Positions 40,569-54,434 of a DNA stretch of 64,000 nt are shown in pieces. The notes beneath the pieces were generated by a model that did not search any database, was not told the origin of the DNA, and worked only from the letters and a program-made list of their open reading frames with translations. Source of the DNA: Adineta vaga. Taxonomy: Eukaryota; Animalia; Rotifera. The position numbers and the translations under genes were made by a program. Positions within the stretch are counted from its first letter, which is position 1. Every line of letters begins with the position of its first letter. Location of the stretch: NCBI GenBank assembly GCA_021613535.1, contig CP075497.1:10664001-10728000 (forward strand), written 5' to 3'.

Positions 40569-41497
40569 TCTTATAATAACTAATCTGTTATAGTAATAGA
40601 TTCAAGTAAATCAATATGGTTATTTTATGTCATCAAGTTTTAAACATGCACAATGACGCATGTGTGTCATGGTTGAATATTGTAAAAGGCGATGAGTCAT
40701 AAAACGTGGCATACACCTATTCCATGAAAAAAACCCAGTGGTGATCTGAAAACGAAAATATGATCAACCTGATTTCATGTATTGTTCAGATGAAGACAGA
40801 ATTTCTACTTGCAAAAAAAAGCCAACAATTTGAGATAAATTTGACAAAGAAGAACGTGCTCCTAACCTTATATTCGTATTATCAAAATAGAAGCACAATT
40901 TATTCAAGCGATAGCTAAACATACTTTCTTTAACGATAGAAGTTTAGTTCTATTTCGATCTCAAAGAATAAACTGAACTTGTGTATATAGAAGAAAATCT
41001 AATTTTCTATTCACCACTAACATATAGCTACATCTATCGTTTGTAGAGGTCATATTGATGATTGAATCCGCCATATTGATTGTTGATTCTACTACCCAGC
41101 TAGTTGGTTTGTTTGACTGATTCACTGTTAAAATTTCACATTCTATTTGTTTTTTGTTAGAAGTCATTATTCAATGGAAATGTTTCGTACGAGATATATT
41201 CATTGTCTTGAAGAAGTTTTTGTCTACTTTAAAACACTGCCTGTGAATATCTACGGCTATTAAGGTCATTTCTAAATGATTCGAAAGTATCTTGGCAATA
41301 ACCAAAACCGAGCGGATTTGAAAACGAACATAGCGCTAATTGAATAATCGATGGTTTAAATATATCGAGAAGAAACCATTGGTCGAGAATTTTTTTGTCT
41401 TGACTCATCGTAGCGAATATTCGAGATTTATGGACATATACGACGAGTTCTTTCATCTATTTTAGATCTCTTAATATTTTACGACAATTGAAAATAA

Positions 41498-44400
41498 ATG
41501 CAGTTATCAATTACTTCTGCCGGTAAGAAATAGATTTGTTTCTTGAATGATATAAAAGAAATTTTATGTATGATTTTAGGTGGAATTTTATCATTACTGG
41601 ATGAAAATACAGAAAAAGGTCCAGTCTATGCGCTTCATCGATTAAATGCTATCGTTGATGTCTTTTGGCCAGAAATTAGTGATTCAATTTCAAAAGTGTA
41701 TGTTATTTTTTCACAATAGAAACTGTCTTTTCTATCTATTTCAATTCTTTAGTGAATCGCTCTATGAAGATGAAAATTTTAAACATCGGGAATTAGCTGC
41801 ACTTGTTTCATCGAAAGTTTACTATCATTTGGGTTCACTCGACAATGCTCTTACATATGCACTTGGAGCTGGACGTTTATTCGATGTTAATGATAAAACT
41901 GAATATGTTGAAACCATCATTGGTACGTTAACAAATAAATTTTCAAATGAAATCTTAATCTTCATTTTTTAGCTCATTGTATCGATAAATATACTAAATT
42001 ACAAGTAGAAAAATTTCAATCAGATGGTACAGCTCATGTACAAATAGATCAACGCCTTGAAGATATTGTTAATCGAATGTTTCAACGATGTTTCGATGAT
42101 AAAAAATACAAACAAGTAGAGTAGATTTTTTCTTATAACAATTTGTTTTTCATAAATTTTCTTTAAAGGCTATTGGTATTGCACTTGAAACACGTCGTAT
42201 AGATATATTTGAAAAGGCAATTAAAGAAGCGGTATGATAAATCTCATGGATGTTAATTTAGACATGAAATGCTATTTTTCTTCTAGAATCAATCGAATGA
42301 AATGCTTACTTATGCATTTAAAATTACCATGCAATTATTACAAAATCGTAAATTTCGTACTGTTGTCTTGCGTACACTTGTTCGTCTCTATCTAAGTTTA
42401 CAAGTACCTGATTTTATCAGCGTTTGTCAGGTAAGAAATGAAAGAGTTTTATTCCTGTAGATTTTGATTTGTTTTTGTTGGAAATAGTGTTTAATCTTTC
42501 TTGATGATCCGGATCAAGTTGCAGATATTTTACAAACACTTGTTCGTGGTACAACGGATCAAATGTTGATGGGTTATCAAATTGGTTTCGATCTATATGA
42601 AAGTGCTACACAACAATTTTTGAATAAAATTCAAGATGCTTTACGTGTTCAAGCACCCATTCCAATTATTCTTGATAAACAACAACAGAATAAAGATGAG
42701 CAACAAGGGTAAATTGGCTTTTTCTTTGAAAGATAAAATTTCTCTTTAAAAAAATATATATATATAAATAGAACTGGTGGTACAGAATCTATGGAAACCA
42801 ATCAAGATGAATCAAGTCGACAATCCGTAGAAGAATCAACTGTACCAAAAGACAAACAATCTTTAGAACAAGAACATAAAGATAAAATAAACAATTTAGT
42901 AAGTATAGAGAAGATTTCTTCGAATAAATTGTGCAAGATAAATTGTTTTCAGTCGCAAGAAGAAAAACAATTGCAAGAACGTATCGAAAAAATCTTAAAT
43001 ATTCTTAGTGGTGAAGTAACTATTGGTGTACATATGCAATTTTTGATTAAAAATAATCATGCTGATTTATTAATTCTTAAACAAATCAAAGTAAGAATAA
43101 GAAGATCTGATCGAATTCTAAAATATTTTTAATTATTAAAATTCTAGGATGCCGTACGAAATTCAGTTTGTCATACAGCTACTGTTATTGCCAATGGTTA
43201 TATGTTATCAGGCACTACAAGTGATCAGTTCTTTCGAGATAATCTTGAATGGCTTGCTCGTGCAACCAATTGGGCAAAATTCACAGCTGCTGCAAGTTTA
43301 GGTGTTATTCATAAGGGTCACATTAAAGAAGCATTGAATTTAATGAGTGCTTATTTACCAAAAGACTCAACAGGTAATTCACCCTATGCTGAAGGTGGTG
43401 GTTTGTATGCACTTGGTCTTATTCATGCAAATCATGGTGGTGATATTATTGATTATCTTATTAATCAATTACGTTCAAATTCAACACAGACTGAAGTATG
43501 TCAACGTTTTCTTTTAAATATATTTATGTGTATATTCTCTTTTTGTCTTCTTCTATTAGACGGTTCGTCATGGTGCTTGTCTTGGCCTAGGTTTAGCCGC
43601 TATGGGCACAGCACGTAGTGATGTGTATGAATTATTAAAAACCAATTTATTACTTGAAGATGCTGTCGCTGGTGAAGCAGCAGGTTTAGCCATGGGTCTC
43701 GTTATGCTCGGTACAGGTTCAGCACAAGCCATTGATGATATGGTTCAAGTATGTAGCTTGGAAATGATGTTTTAATATAGAAATTTCTTAATTATTTTCT
43801 TTTCATTTATAGTATGCGCAAGACACTCAACATGAAAAGATTTTACGTGGTTTAGCTATTGGTATTGCTCTTGTTCAATACGGTCGTTTAGAAGAAGCCG
43901 ATGCATTGATCGAACAACTTCAACGTGATAAAGATCCTATTTTACGTCGTTCAGCTATGTATACAGTTGCAATGGCTTATTGTGGTACGGGTAACAATGC
44001 TGCTGTCCACAAACTTCTTCATGTCGCAGTAAGTTTCGAAAAGATAGGACAAATTGTTGAAGTCCAATTAAAATTGATTCATTTATTGTATAGGTTAGTG
44101 ATGTCAATGATGATGTTCGTCGTTCAGCTGTTGAATCCCTTGGATTTCTGATGTTTCGGTAAGTGAGAAAAGAAATATGAAATGTCATCGAATTATTTTT
44201 ACATTATTCGAAAGAGAAGTTGCAATTATTTATGATCATCTATTGAATTAGATGTTTTGTTGTAAATTTAGAACTTAAAAGACTAATGAGATCTGTCGTA
44301 AATGCTCCCTAATGCACAACATTAAAGATTAAAACAATAATTATCCCATGAGAAATCATTTCTAGTTACAGATCATTTATAGTAACTATGACTTTTTTCT

Positions 44401-47400
44401 TTGGTACAAGAGAGTACAAATATGAATCTTGATATATGCAAAAAGACATTTGAATATTTCTTTATTCATTTGTTTCTATCTCTTATTTTTCGATTAGTCT
44501 AATTGTAGTTTGTTTTCTTCATAATATGAGAAAAAGATCTGAGAAAATCAATCTATTTATATATTCGCTCGAGATTTCTTAGCAAAGATAAGCATGTTAC
44601 ACAGAAAATTCAATAGAAATATCGATGTCCAAAAGCGTCAAAATTAGTTTGTCTTGATGGGCATGCATGAGACGGATAGAACTATGTAATATAATCTTTA
44701 CACATTAACGTTATATTATTGATTTGCTCTTTGCATGTAATACTCTGGGGTTACTTGTTATAGAATGGTATTTGTCTTGTGATATGTATCAAAGTTCTTT
44801 GATAATGATGATGATGATGAATTGTAAAAAGAAATAGAGAATGAGAATATCAGCGTTACATGTATATATATTTCAAGGCATAATAAGTTGATCAGCCTTC
44901 GTAGAGCTGTTAATATTAAGAACAGAAACAGTAGTTGATGTTTATTGACAAGAGAAAGTTATTAGCTATAGATCGTCATTATCATTGTCATTATTGAGGG
45001 CAAAGAATTCTAAGGTCAGTTAGAAAATGCAAAATAAGAGATGAGTGCTATAGCTTGTCGTCTGTAGATATTATCTTTCGAAAGAAAAAAAAATAAGCAA
45101 AAGCAATCGAACAGATGAGATGTTTGATGATATGTCAATGATATTCATAGCTCACAGATGCCCTTCTCTTTCAAGTATAGTATTCAGTTCGTTACAGTTA
45201 AAAATGTAAACGAAATAACAGTAATATGACACCTGTCTAAGTTTTCTCTTGATGTGTATACTCTTTCTATTGAAATAAAAATAAAACACATACGCAAATG
45301 TTCTACAAAAACAACAGCATATGTTTTTACTAAAGATTCTTTTCTAAAGACGTTTTCAACTTGTTTTTTCTTCTTCTTATAACTGTACAATAGATGATTA
45401 TCAATAAAGATTGATATTTAGCTATTTGATACACGTTTAATTAGTCATTTACATCAATGTATATCATTGACATCTAAACAAACCGTGCTGACCTTTCAGT
45501 TTCAATGTAATGCTTACGACAGATATGTCAACAGATAATCTCGACATTCATTTCGTCTTGACTGATATGAACAACTGACTTTCCTTTCATCATAGTAATA
45601 ATTTAGACAAAAAAATAAATTTATTTTTGTTTTGGTTTCAATTGAACCATACATGTGTGATTTGTATATCAGTGATAAAAAAAGAAACGTATTAGAAACA
45701 TTAGGAAAGAAGAAGTAAAATACTGGTCGAAGCCTTAGTTATTCATTTCTTTTGTATTGAATTTTTGTAAATGAAATCAAGTTCGAAGAATTCCATTTAA
45801 AAACCTTGTCATTCTTGTTGTTCACGACATGATTGTATATCTTTTGAAACGAAATCATTTCGTCGTTGAATACGTGAACCATATACAGATGATTGACTTT
45901 GACAGTAAGGAAGTTGTCTTTGGGGTAAATTTGGATAGAAGCATTGACATTTGAGTAGCGTGATAAATTTTGAACGAAAATTTCGATTAAATATCGTATA
46001 AACAAGTGGATTGATCGTTGAAGAAACGTAGCCAAGCCAAACTGAACCATTTAAAATATTCGGATTGATAAAACATCGTTTACAAACGCCTTGCAATAAA
46101 TTCATGATACAAAATGGAAACCATGCAATGACAAAAATAACAAAAACAACACCTAAAACTTTCACTGCTTTTTGTTCATTGCGTATAGCAGATGATTTGG
46201 GACGTGTTGGCGCAGTATTTGGCGTAATCGTTAAACGACGTCGACCTTTTCTTGATGGATTTCCCGTACTTATCGATGGATTTGATGATGTTGATGATTG
46301 ATTAGGTGCAGTTGATATTGATAAGGTTATTTGAGGAGTTTTAAAAGAAGAATTAGGAGAAATTGGTAGGTCAGTTGTCGTCGGTTTACAGCAAGAAATA
46401 CAATGAAAACAATTGAAATGTGATTTTGGTTCGAAAACAGTTTCTAAAGGTTGATGTTGTTCAGCATGATGATGACATGTACATTTTAACTGACAAAAAG
46501 GATTTTTTGGACAATCATATTCTGTATGAGGTGAGAATTTTTTTGAGGTTGATTTTAGAAGCTTTCTTGTTCCTGCTAGTTTTCCTTCCGTTCGAGATTC
46601 TTGATCAAATGTTGATTGTTGTTCTAGTATTTTCTGTTGTTGTAAATTCATATTATCTGCAATTTCTTCACTCATTTCTAAACTTGTTTGTTGTCGTCGT
46701 AAACGTTTTCGTCTAAATGCAGTTGTTGATACGGTCGGTGTTGATTGAACAGAACTAATACTTGCAGCTGCTGTTGAACCACGTGTAGGTATATGTCGTC
46801 GAAGAAATGGTTTTGCAACGAGACTAGCTGCGCGGGTTAATTGTTCTTGAGCAACTTGTGTTTGACATTGTCTTATTTGTTCTTTTAAAAGACGTATAGT
46901 CAGAACATATGTTATGATAACTATAATTAATGGGATAACAAATGAAACCACGCTACCATAGATAACAAAAAATCGATTATATATTGAACATTGTCGGTTA
47001 ATAATAATATTGTTAGGATTTATTGCACCGAGTATAATCATTGGAGATGATAACAGTATTGCTATTGTCCAAATAAGAACAATTAATAGAAGAATTTTAC
47101 ATTTCTGTTGACGATGACGTGTATTTAACGGATCATTTATTGCTAAATAACGATCAAGCGATATAACAACAATATGCATAATTGATGATGTACTCGAGCA
47201 AACATCCAGAAATATCCAAAAATCACATAGAGCTGATCCTAACATCCAATAGCCTAGAAAAATCAAATGATCCAATTAACTCAACCTATATTTATTGGTA
47301 TTCCTGTCTTTCTCTCGTTTCTACCTGTAAATTCTTTAATCACTGCTAACGGAATGACCAAGCCCGAAATGAGCATATCTGCTAATGCCAATGAAAATAG

Positions 47401-50304
47401 AAACCAATTCGTACGATTTTGTAAACGTCGTTCAGTAGCTATGGCTAAGCAAACAAGTAAATTGCCGATAATACCAATAATCGAAAAAAACAAAAGAAAC
47501 AAAGCTGGCCAATAATAAGTATTGATTATTATTGAATTCGAATGTTGTTGAACTGCTGACTCAATAAGGTCACTATCATCAATGAGATTAACAAGAGTTG
47601 CGTCCTCGTCGACGTCGAACGAGACATTTGCGTACATCAAAAGTCATTCGTATTTCAAAGAGTTTGTCTGCCTTGTCTCTTGATTGCGTTGCACTGAAAA
47701 GAATAGATGATAGGAAAATTCTTAAGACATTGGAACAAAAAAAAGGAGAGAAAGAGAAGAAGAGAATGTACTGTTTTTCTTACTGTGTTATCGTTTTTCT
47801 TTCTTCTCTGATAGGAAAATGAAGGAGAGAAAGAAACAGTAAAAAAAAGGGTTTTCTTGGTCTTATCATGGAAAGATCGTATTTTCTCTCTTCATTTATC
47901 GTCATTTCTAATAGCTAAGCATATACAAACTCTTCGATTGAAGTGCTCAGTGGTTTCTTCCACTTGTATCTTCATATAAATAAAGCTATTTACAAACGTC
48001 ACTCTTATTTTGATAACTATCGTCCGAAGAGATGAATAGAATGGACTAATAGACATTACTAGCATGTTATGTGGGTGTTTCTGTCAACAGTAAAGATTGG
48101 CATCTAAAGAAGAATAGAATATGAGAGAAACAACAGTTATTGATCAATGAAAAGAAATATTGGTTACAATAGTAGTTACGTTGATTTGTAGTCTTCTCAA
48201 CTTACTTATATTTTTTTTCTCAATGTAATTTAGACATCACGAGAAGATAAGATTTGAGAGCACATGTATATACTATTTTGCTTTTAAATTAATGAAGCAT
48301 CTGATAGACGAAAAATTTAACAAAAAAAACAAGAAAAGCTGTCAGCTATAAAGAATTCATATTAATCGTGAATCTCAATAAAAATTGAAATGACATATTC
48401 TCTTAAAAGGTTTCCTCCTCACAGAAACTAAAAGAATAGAATATAATATCTGACTATAAAATTCAATCAATAAAACGAACAAAAAAAATGTTTATCTACT
48501 TGAAAAAGAGCAAGTAATTTCTTTCTTTGATTGCTTCTTAGCGTCTGTTATATATATCACCATTATTTTTTTGCTTCTCAGTTCTATTCGTTGACACATT
48601 TGATATTTTTTCACAAAAAATTAAAAGTGAAAATATAATTTTTTTCCTATCCATTTTCATTATCAATTAACACAATCAATTTGATTACTATTTTACTTAA
48701 TAATATCTTTGATTCGTGTATGTATGTTGAAAGAAAATAGAACGACTACTCGATTTATTTCACTCGTTAGGGCGTGATATAACGTTGTGACATATATTTA
48801 TTTGTTATTGCGTGATAGTAATCGTGTCTAAAAATATTTAATTGTATTTAGAACACCCGAACAATTTCCTTCAGTTGTAACTCTACTAGCTGAATCATAC
48901 AATCCTCATGTACGCTGTGGAGCAGCTATGGCACTTGGTTTAGCATGTGCTGGTACCGGCAATCGAGTAAATATATCAATGGTATTCTTCTTATTCAATC
49001 ATCGTTTGAAAATGTTTAGGAAGCGATAGCAGTTCTTGAACCAATGTTAAACGATGCAGTGAATTATGTTCGACAAGGTGTTTTAATAGCATCAGCACTT
49101 ATCTGTATACAACATACAGAAGCAACATGTCCAAAAGTACGTTGTAAATCTTTGAATAAATACATCCGAATTTATGATAATTATCTTTAGGTGAAAATGT
49201 TTCGTGAACATTATATGAAAGTAATTAGTGATAAACATGATGATGTGATGGCTAAATTTGGTGCGATCTTAGCACATGGAATTCTTGATGCAGGTTTGTA
49301 AAAGAGAATTCTTTTTTAGAATTTATTTATTCTTGTTTTTAGGTGGTCGAAATGTAACAGTATCATTATTAACACGTACTGGTCAAACTGATACGATGTC
49401 TGTTGTTGGTTTACTTGTTTTTACTCAATTTTGGTACTGGTTTCCATTGAGTTTATTTCTTTCTTTGGGATTTTCACCAACATGTTTAGTAACATTAAAT
49501 CAAGATCTTAAGGTAAAATCTTTTTGTTTTGTCTTTCATAAGAAAAATGTTTCTTTTAGATGCCGAATGTGGATTATGTATCAAATGCACCACCCTCGGT
49601 ATTTGCTTATCCACCTGCACTTGTGGATAAAAAAGAAGAAAAGAAAGAAAAAGTTGAAACAGCTGTTTTATCCATTACAGCTAAACAAAAGAAACGTGAT
49701 TTGGAAAAGAAAGGTGACAAATCGGATGAAACTACTGCAATGGAAACGGTAAATTTTTTGATTATCTATACATAAAATATCTAATCGATGTATCTGTATG
49801 TAGGAGTCTGATGCACAAAAAGCAACAACTACTAATGCGACGACGACTACTACTACTGCTACTACTACTGCCGATGATGAGAAAGATAAAGCAGCGACAA
49901 CAACAGGAGACAAGAAAGAAGAAGCAACTATCAAGAAGGAAAAAGAACCAGATACAGAAATACTTCATAATCCAACACGAGTGGTCAAAGCTCAAGTACA
50001 TATATATATATAATGATATTTAATCAAATTAATTTTTTTATCTCTTTTAGCAACGTTTAATTTCATTACCAAAAGGTTTACGATATCAACCAATTAAAGA
50101 TATTACGCATGGTGGAATTATTCTTATTAAAGATACACAAACGAATGAACCAGAAACATTAGTTGAATTAGCAAAAGGTAAATATCAAATAAATAATGCT
50201 TTTATATCACATGAAACATCTTTGTTTTAGCTGGTGGACCAACAAAAGAAGAAGATTTACCAGAACCATCACCACCTGAACCATTCGAATATCGAGATGA
50301 ATAA
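41498..50304 (+). CDS. PSMD1: 26S proteasome regulatory subunit Rpn2
   Basis: [40 protein letters not shown] repeats, [20 protein letters not shown] and C-terminal [10 protein letters not shown]. Confidence 0.97.
45809..47637 (-). CDS. 5-HT2-type serotonin receptor (class A GPCR), nested antisense in PSMD1 intron 44159-48851; exons 47637-47325 and 47252-45809
   Basis: Seven TMs; [19 protein letters not shown], aminergic D3.32 (FLDV), [40 protein letters not shown]. Confidence 0.92.
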
Positions 50305-50779
50305 ATTTATTTCATAAATTAGACAAGATAAACCTAATAAATATCTGTCGTTCAACCTTCTTTCTTTATTTCTTATCAATATAATACAACGTTTTCTTTT
50401 TCGTGCATCCTTCTATTATGTTCTTCTTCTTCTTGGCCTATCCGTTTTTCTTCTCTATCTCTCTCTTTTTTTTTTATTATATTGTCATTATGGCTGCTAA
50501 GCAACAAAAAATAAAACAAGCATATGAAAAACAAAAACCATTTTCAACGATTCCATCTGTTGAATACTAACTCCATCTTGGAAAATTCTTTTGCCAACAC
50601 CCTCATGTACAAATAGAAAATAAAGGAAGAAAAAGAACGGAGAAAAGAAAAAGAAAGTGACGTGTTTTTACCAAGTTTCTTCTTTTTAAATAAATAATCG
50701 TCTCGATGCAATCGTTTAATGTCTATCTGTCGTATTTCAGATTGTCTTTTTCGATATTGACAAGAGGTAATCAAACGAC

Positions 50780-52067
50780 ATGGCCACACCACCAACTCTT
50801 GATCTGGTAGACTTTACTTGTAGTATTTGTAAGTGCGATTTGAGAATAGAAAAACAAAATAGGAGCATGTTTTATCCAGAAAAAAATTCCTTTTTTCCAA
50901 CATAGATTACTTTTCGATACAATGTGGTTCCATAATGTTTTTTTCGTAAAATATAAATCAGTAATAATGATAATGTTCCTGAATACAAGTATACATTTGT
51001 TTTATAAAACTACTGTCTACTCATAAAAAGAGGCCACGTGAGACATATAAACATGACAATAACAATGGAAGTTTTATGAACATTCTAAACCATATAAAGA
51101 TTAATAAACATATTTTAGTATCATACTTCTACGCGAAAGTTTAAACTAATTTCTGAATATGAAAATTGAATTCTTTTTCTAGGTCGTGAAATATTTGAAA
51201 ATCCCGTGAGTCTTTCCTGTTCACATAATTATTGTCGACGATGTCTAGATGGTTTGAAGAAATCATCTTCATCATCAACAACAGATCTAACAACAATACC
51301 GAAATCTGAACCTTCACCAAAGACAGCAACTTTAATTTATAAACCAAAATTACATGAAGCTGATGCTTGTTTTATATGTGCGATTTGTCGAACAGAAGTC
51401 TTTGGTTATTATGACTGTCGAGATTTAGAAGCTGATTTGAAAACACTTGAAGCACCATGTTCAATTTGTGATAGATCATTAGTATTATGTGAGTTAAGAC
51501 GACATTCGGAGAAATGTAAACCAAAGAAGAAAGTAGACGTTAATGATCTCAAGAATATTTTAACTCCTAATTTCTTAAAACAATTGTCTGAACCACAAAC
51601 GCAAGCATTAGAAAAAGCACGAGCGGGAGAAAATCGTTCAACATTTCAATGTCCTTATTGTCCAAGAGCGAAGTATAATCAAATTGTTTTGATTTATTTT
51701 TCTATTCATTCTGTGTCTTTTCTTTTGTAGTTTCACCATAGAACATTTATGCAGACATATAGAAAAATATCATTTAGAAGATAATCCACGTCGTGTTTGG
51801 TAAATAAGAATTGAATAAATCAATTGAATATTTCTCTTCATTTATAGTCCAATTTGTGCAGCAATGCCATGGGGTAATAAACATCAGAAATCGTCAAATG
51901 TTTATGAACATATAATTGATCGCCATCGATTTGATTATTGTAAATATAATTTTAATATTTTCAATTTAATTTTAATCCGATTCTTTTTAGCTACCTATGT
52001 CAATTATGAACAAGATGAAGAAGCAATGTTAGCTGAAGCTGTTCAAAAATCAATGTTATATCATTGA
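50780..52067 (+). CDS. RNF114/125/138/166-family E3 ubiquitin ligase (RING, C2HC, Di19 zinc fingers, UIM)
   Basis: Exon 1 (50780-50828, DFTCSIC) splices to 51183 (REIFENPV...CSHNYCRRC...CAIC). Also NRSTFQCPYC, CPICAAMPWG and UIM DEEAMLAEAVQKS. Confidence 0.92.
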
Positions 52068-52343
52068 AGACAAAAACATATCTATGTGTGTTAGTGTTTC
52101 TGATGTAGATTATGAATTGAAAGTGATAACAAATTAAATAATTTTTTATGTGATATTTTATTCTTGAGTTTCATTTTCTGAATGAATTCGTTTATTTTAT
52201 TTTTTTTTCTTCTCTAATTACAATCGATTTGTTTTAAACATTCTATTATAAATTCATATATTATAGATAGTAATTAAGAATCGAACAAAGAGTTTTTTTT
52301 TTCTAAAGAAAAGAAGGAGAACTTCTTCAGTTTTCATTATCAT

Positions 52344-53358
52344 ATGCATGTTACAAATCCAGAGGTGAAGCGAAAACTTCGAACATGGGAATCTATAATC
52401 AGTGGATCATTAGCAGCTACTGGTGCGGTTTTCTTTTCAAATATGCCTGAAACGATTAAAACACGAATGCAACTTGATGGTGAAGCATCGAAACGTGAAG
52501 GTTTAGGTCGACCGAAACAATACAATAATACATGGGATGCTTATAAAAAAATTGTTCGACAAGAAGGTTTTAAAGCACTTCAAGCTGGTCTTGGTCCAGC
52601 TATAGGAATTCAGATAATCATGAATGGATTGCGTTTAGGTCTTTTTGAACCCATTCAAAGACATATTCGTGATATAACTAAATGTCGTGATCACAATGTT
52701 CTCAATAAACTTACTTCAGGTGCGATATCGGGAGCAATCGGTGTTATAGCAAGTTCACCACTGTAAATAAATGTTCAACTTTTTCTGTTTCTTCGTTATT
52801 CTAGTTTGTTAGCATTCTAGTTATCTAGCAAAAAATCGTCTACAAGCTCAATCATCGTTTTTTCATGCTGCTGAACAACATCATTATAAAAATACTCGTG
52901 ATTGTTTAACACGAATCTATCAACAAAATGGTTTTTTTGGTTTATTTCATGGTGTGAGTGCTGGTTTACCACGTGTTATTGTGGCTTCAGCAACTCAATT
53001 GACTACTTATGATAAAACAAAACTATTCGCAATAGAAAAATTAAATCTACGCGATGGTTTTCCAGCTCATCTTTTTGCTAGTTTTATCTCCTCACTGTTT
53101 ACTGTCACTATAATGAATCCATTTGATGTTATTGCTACACGTATATATCAATCAAGTGGACGACAAACAGTTTATAATGGTGTATTTCATTGTTTTAAAA
53201 AAACCGTTCATGATGAAGGATGGTTTGCATTACAAAAAGGATGGTTGGCACTTTATTTACGATTAGGTCCGCATACAATTTTAACTTTTATTTTTTTGGA
53301 GAAAATTCGGTCCTGGATATTGAGAATGAAATCTCGTGAACAAAAAATCTCAAAATAA
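52344..53358 (+). CDS. Mitochondrial carrier SLC25A34/35 (OAC1-like); 2 exons
   Basis: Three carrier repeats (PETIKTRMQLDGE, PLYLAKNRLQ, PFDVIATRIY); family motifs ALQAGLGPA, MNGLRLG and YLRLGPHTILTF. Confidence 0.9.
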
Positions 53359-53459
53359 TTCCATTTTTGTGTCATTATTAAGCTAGTAAAGGAATAATTT
53401 TATATCATTCTAGATTAGTTTCAATACACCTCGTTCTCTTTATTTGTTTATTCGTTTAT

Positions 53460-54434
53460 TTAATAAAAATAATCGATTATGACAGGTTGATTAAATGTTC
53501 TTCCTTGATGAATAGCTAGATTAACAAATAAAATATCATTTGATGCAACTTTTGTCAGATCACCTTCTAAAAGTTGATTATCTTCACTTTTATATAGGCT
53601 AGCTCCAAAACATGAATGCATGTGGCCAAATAGATGAACACGTGGTCGAACACGTGTTACGATTTCATCCAGTAAAGCAGGACAACCTAATAGATCTCTA
53701 GTTGATTCATTATAATCTCGAATACTATAAGGTGGTCCATGTGTAAGAAGAAGATCAATATCTTCAGGGATTTTTGACCATTTATCATTGCGGATACGTT
53801 TCGAATCATAACCAAATGCTTCAGCTTGATAAAAACAACCACGTTTTGGACGCCATGGACTACCATATATTCGTACACCTTCGATATCAATTAATTGATC
53901 TTGAAGATATGTTATATTGCTCAAGAATTTTTGACTTTCTTCAGGCTGTTGAGGATTCAGACATGTACAATGATTTCCACTAACGAAAAGTTTGTATTTA
54001 TGAGGCAATTTACCAACAAATTCATTGAATATTCTCAAATCACGAGCACTTGTTCGATGTTTAACTGCATCACCACAATGTACAAAAACATCACCATTCG
54101 GTATGGAAATTTTACCGATTTCATTATGAGTATCTGACATACAAACAAAACGTAAATGTTTCAAATCTGTTCTATTTCTTGAATGAAAATCACGATAGAT
54201 AATAAATGGATTCTCTTCAGTTCCTAATCCAGTTTTCTCAACCAAATCAAGTGAAAGAATTTGTTCATGTTTTTCATTCTCCGGTACATGAGTTAAATGA
54301 TGAACAGTTGCTGATGGATGGTTTTTTACACGTGGTACATGACACCTTTAAGATAGAGAATTAGTTTATGTTTTTCAATGATTATTACTATTTACTTACC
54401 AACAACACCAACTATACGACGATGGTTTAAACAT
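53460..54434 (-). CDS. MPPED1/2-like calcineurin-like metallophosphoesterase; 2 exons
   Basis: RFVCMSDTH, HCGD, GNH, IYGSPW, LLTHGPP, GCPALL and HLFGHMH motifs. Short first exon MFKPSSYSWCC. Confidence 0.9.

Noticed and set aside
40961-41456. Two short minus-strand ORFs (68 and 75 aa) between SEC11 and PSMD1
   Set aside because: No recognisable motif or supporting splice structure; likely promoter sequence.
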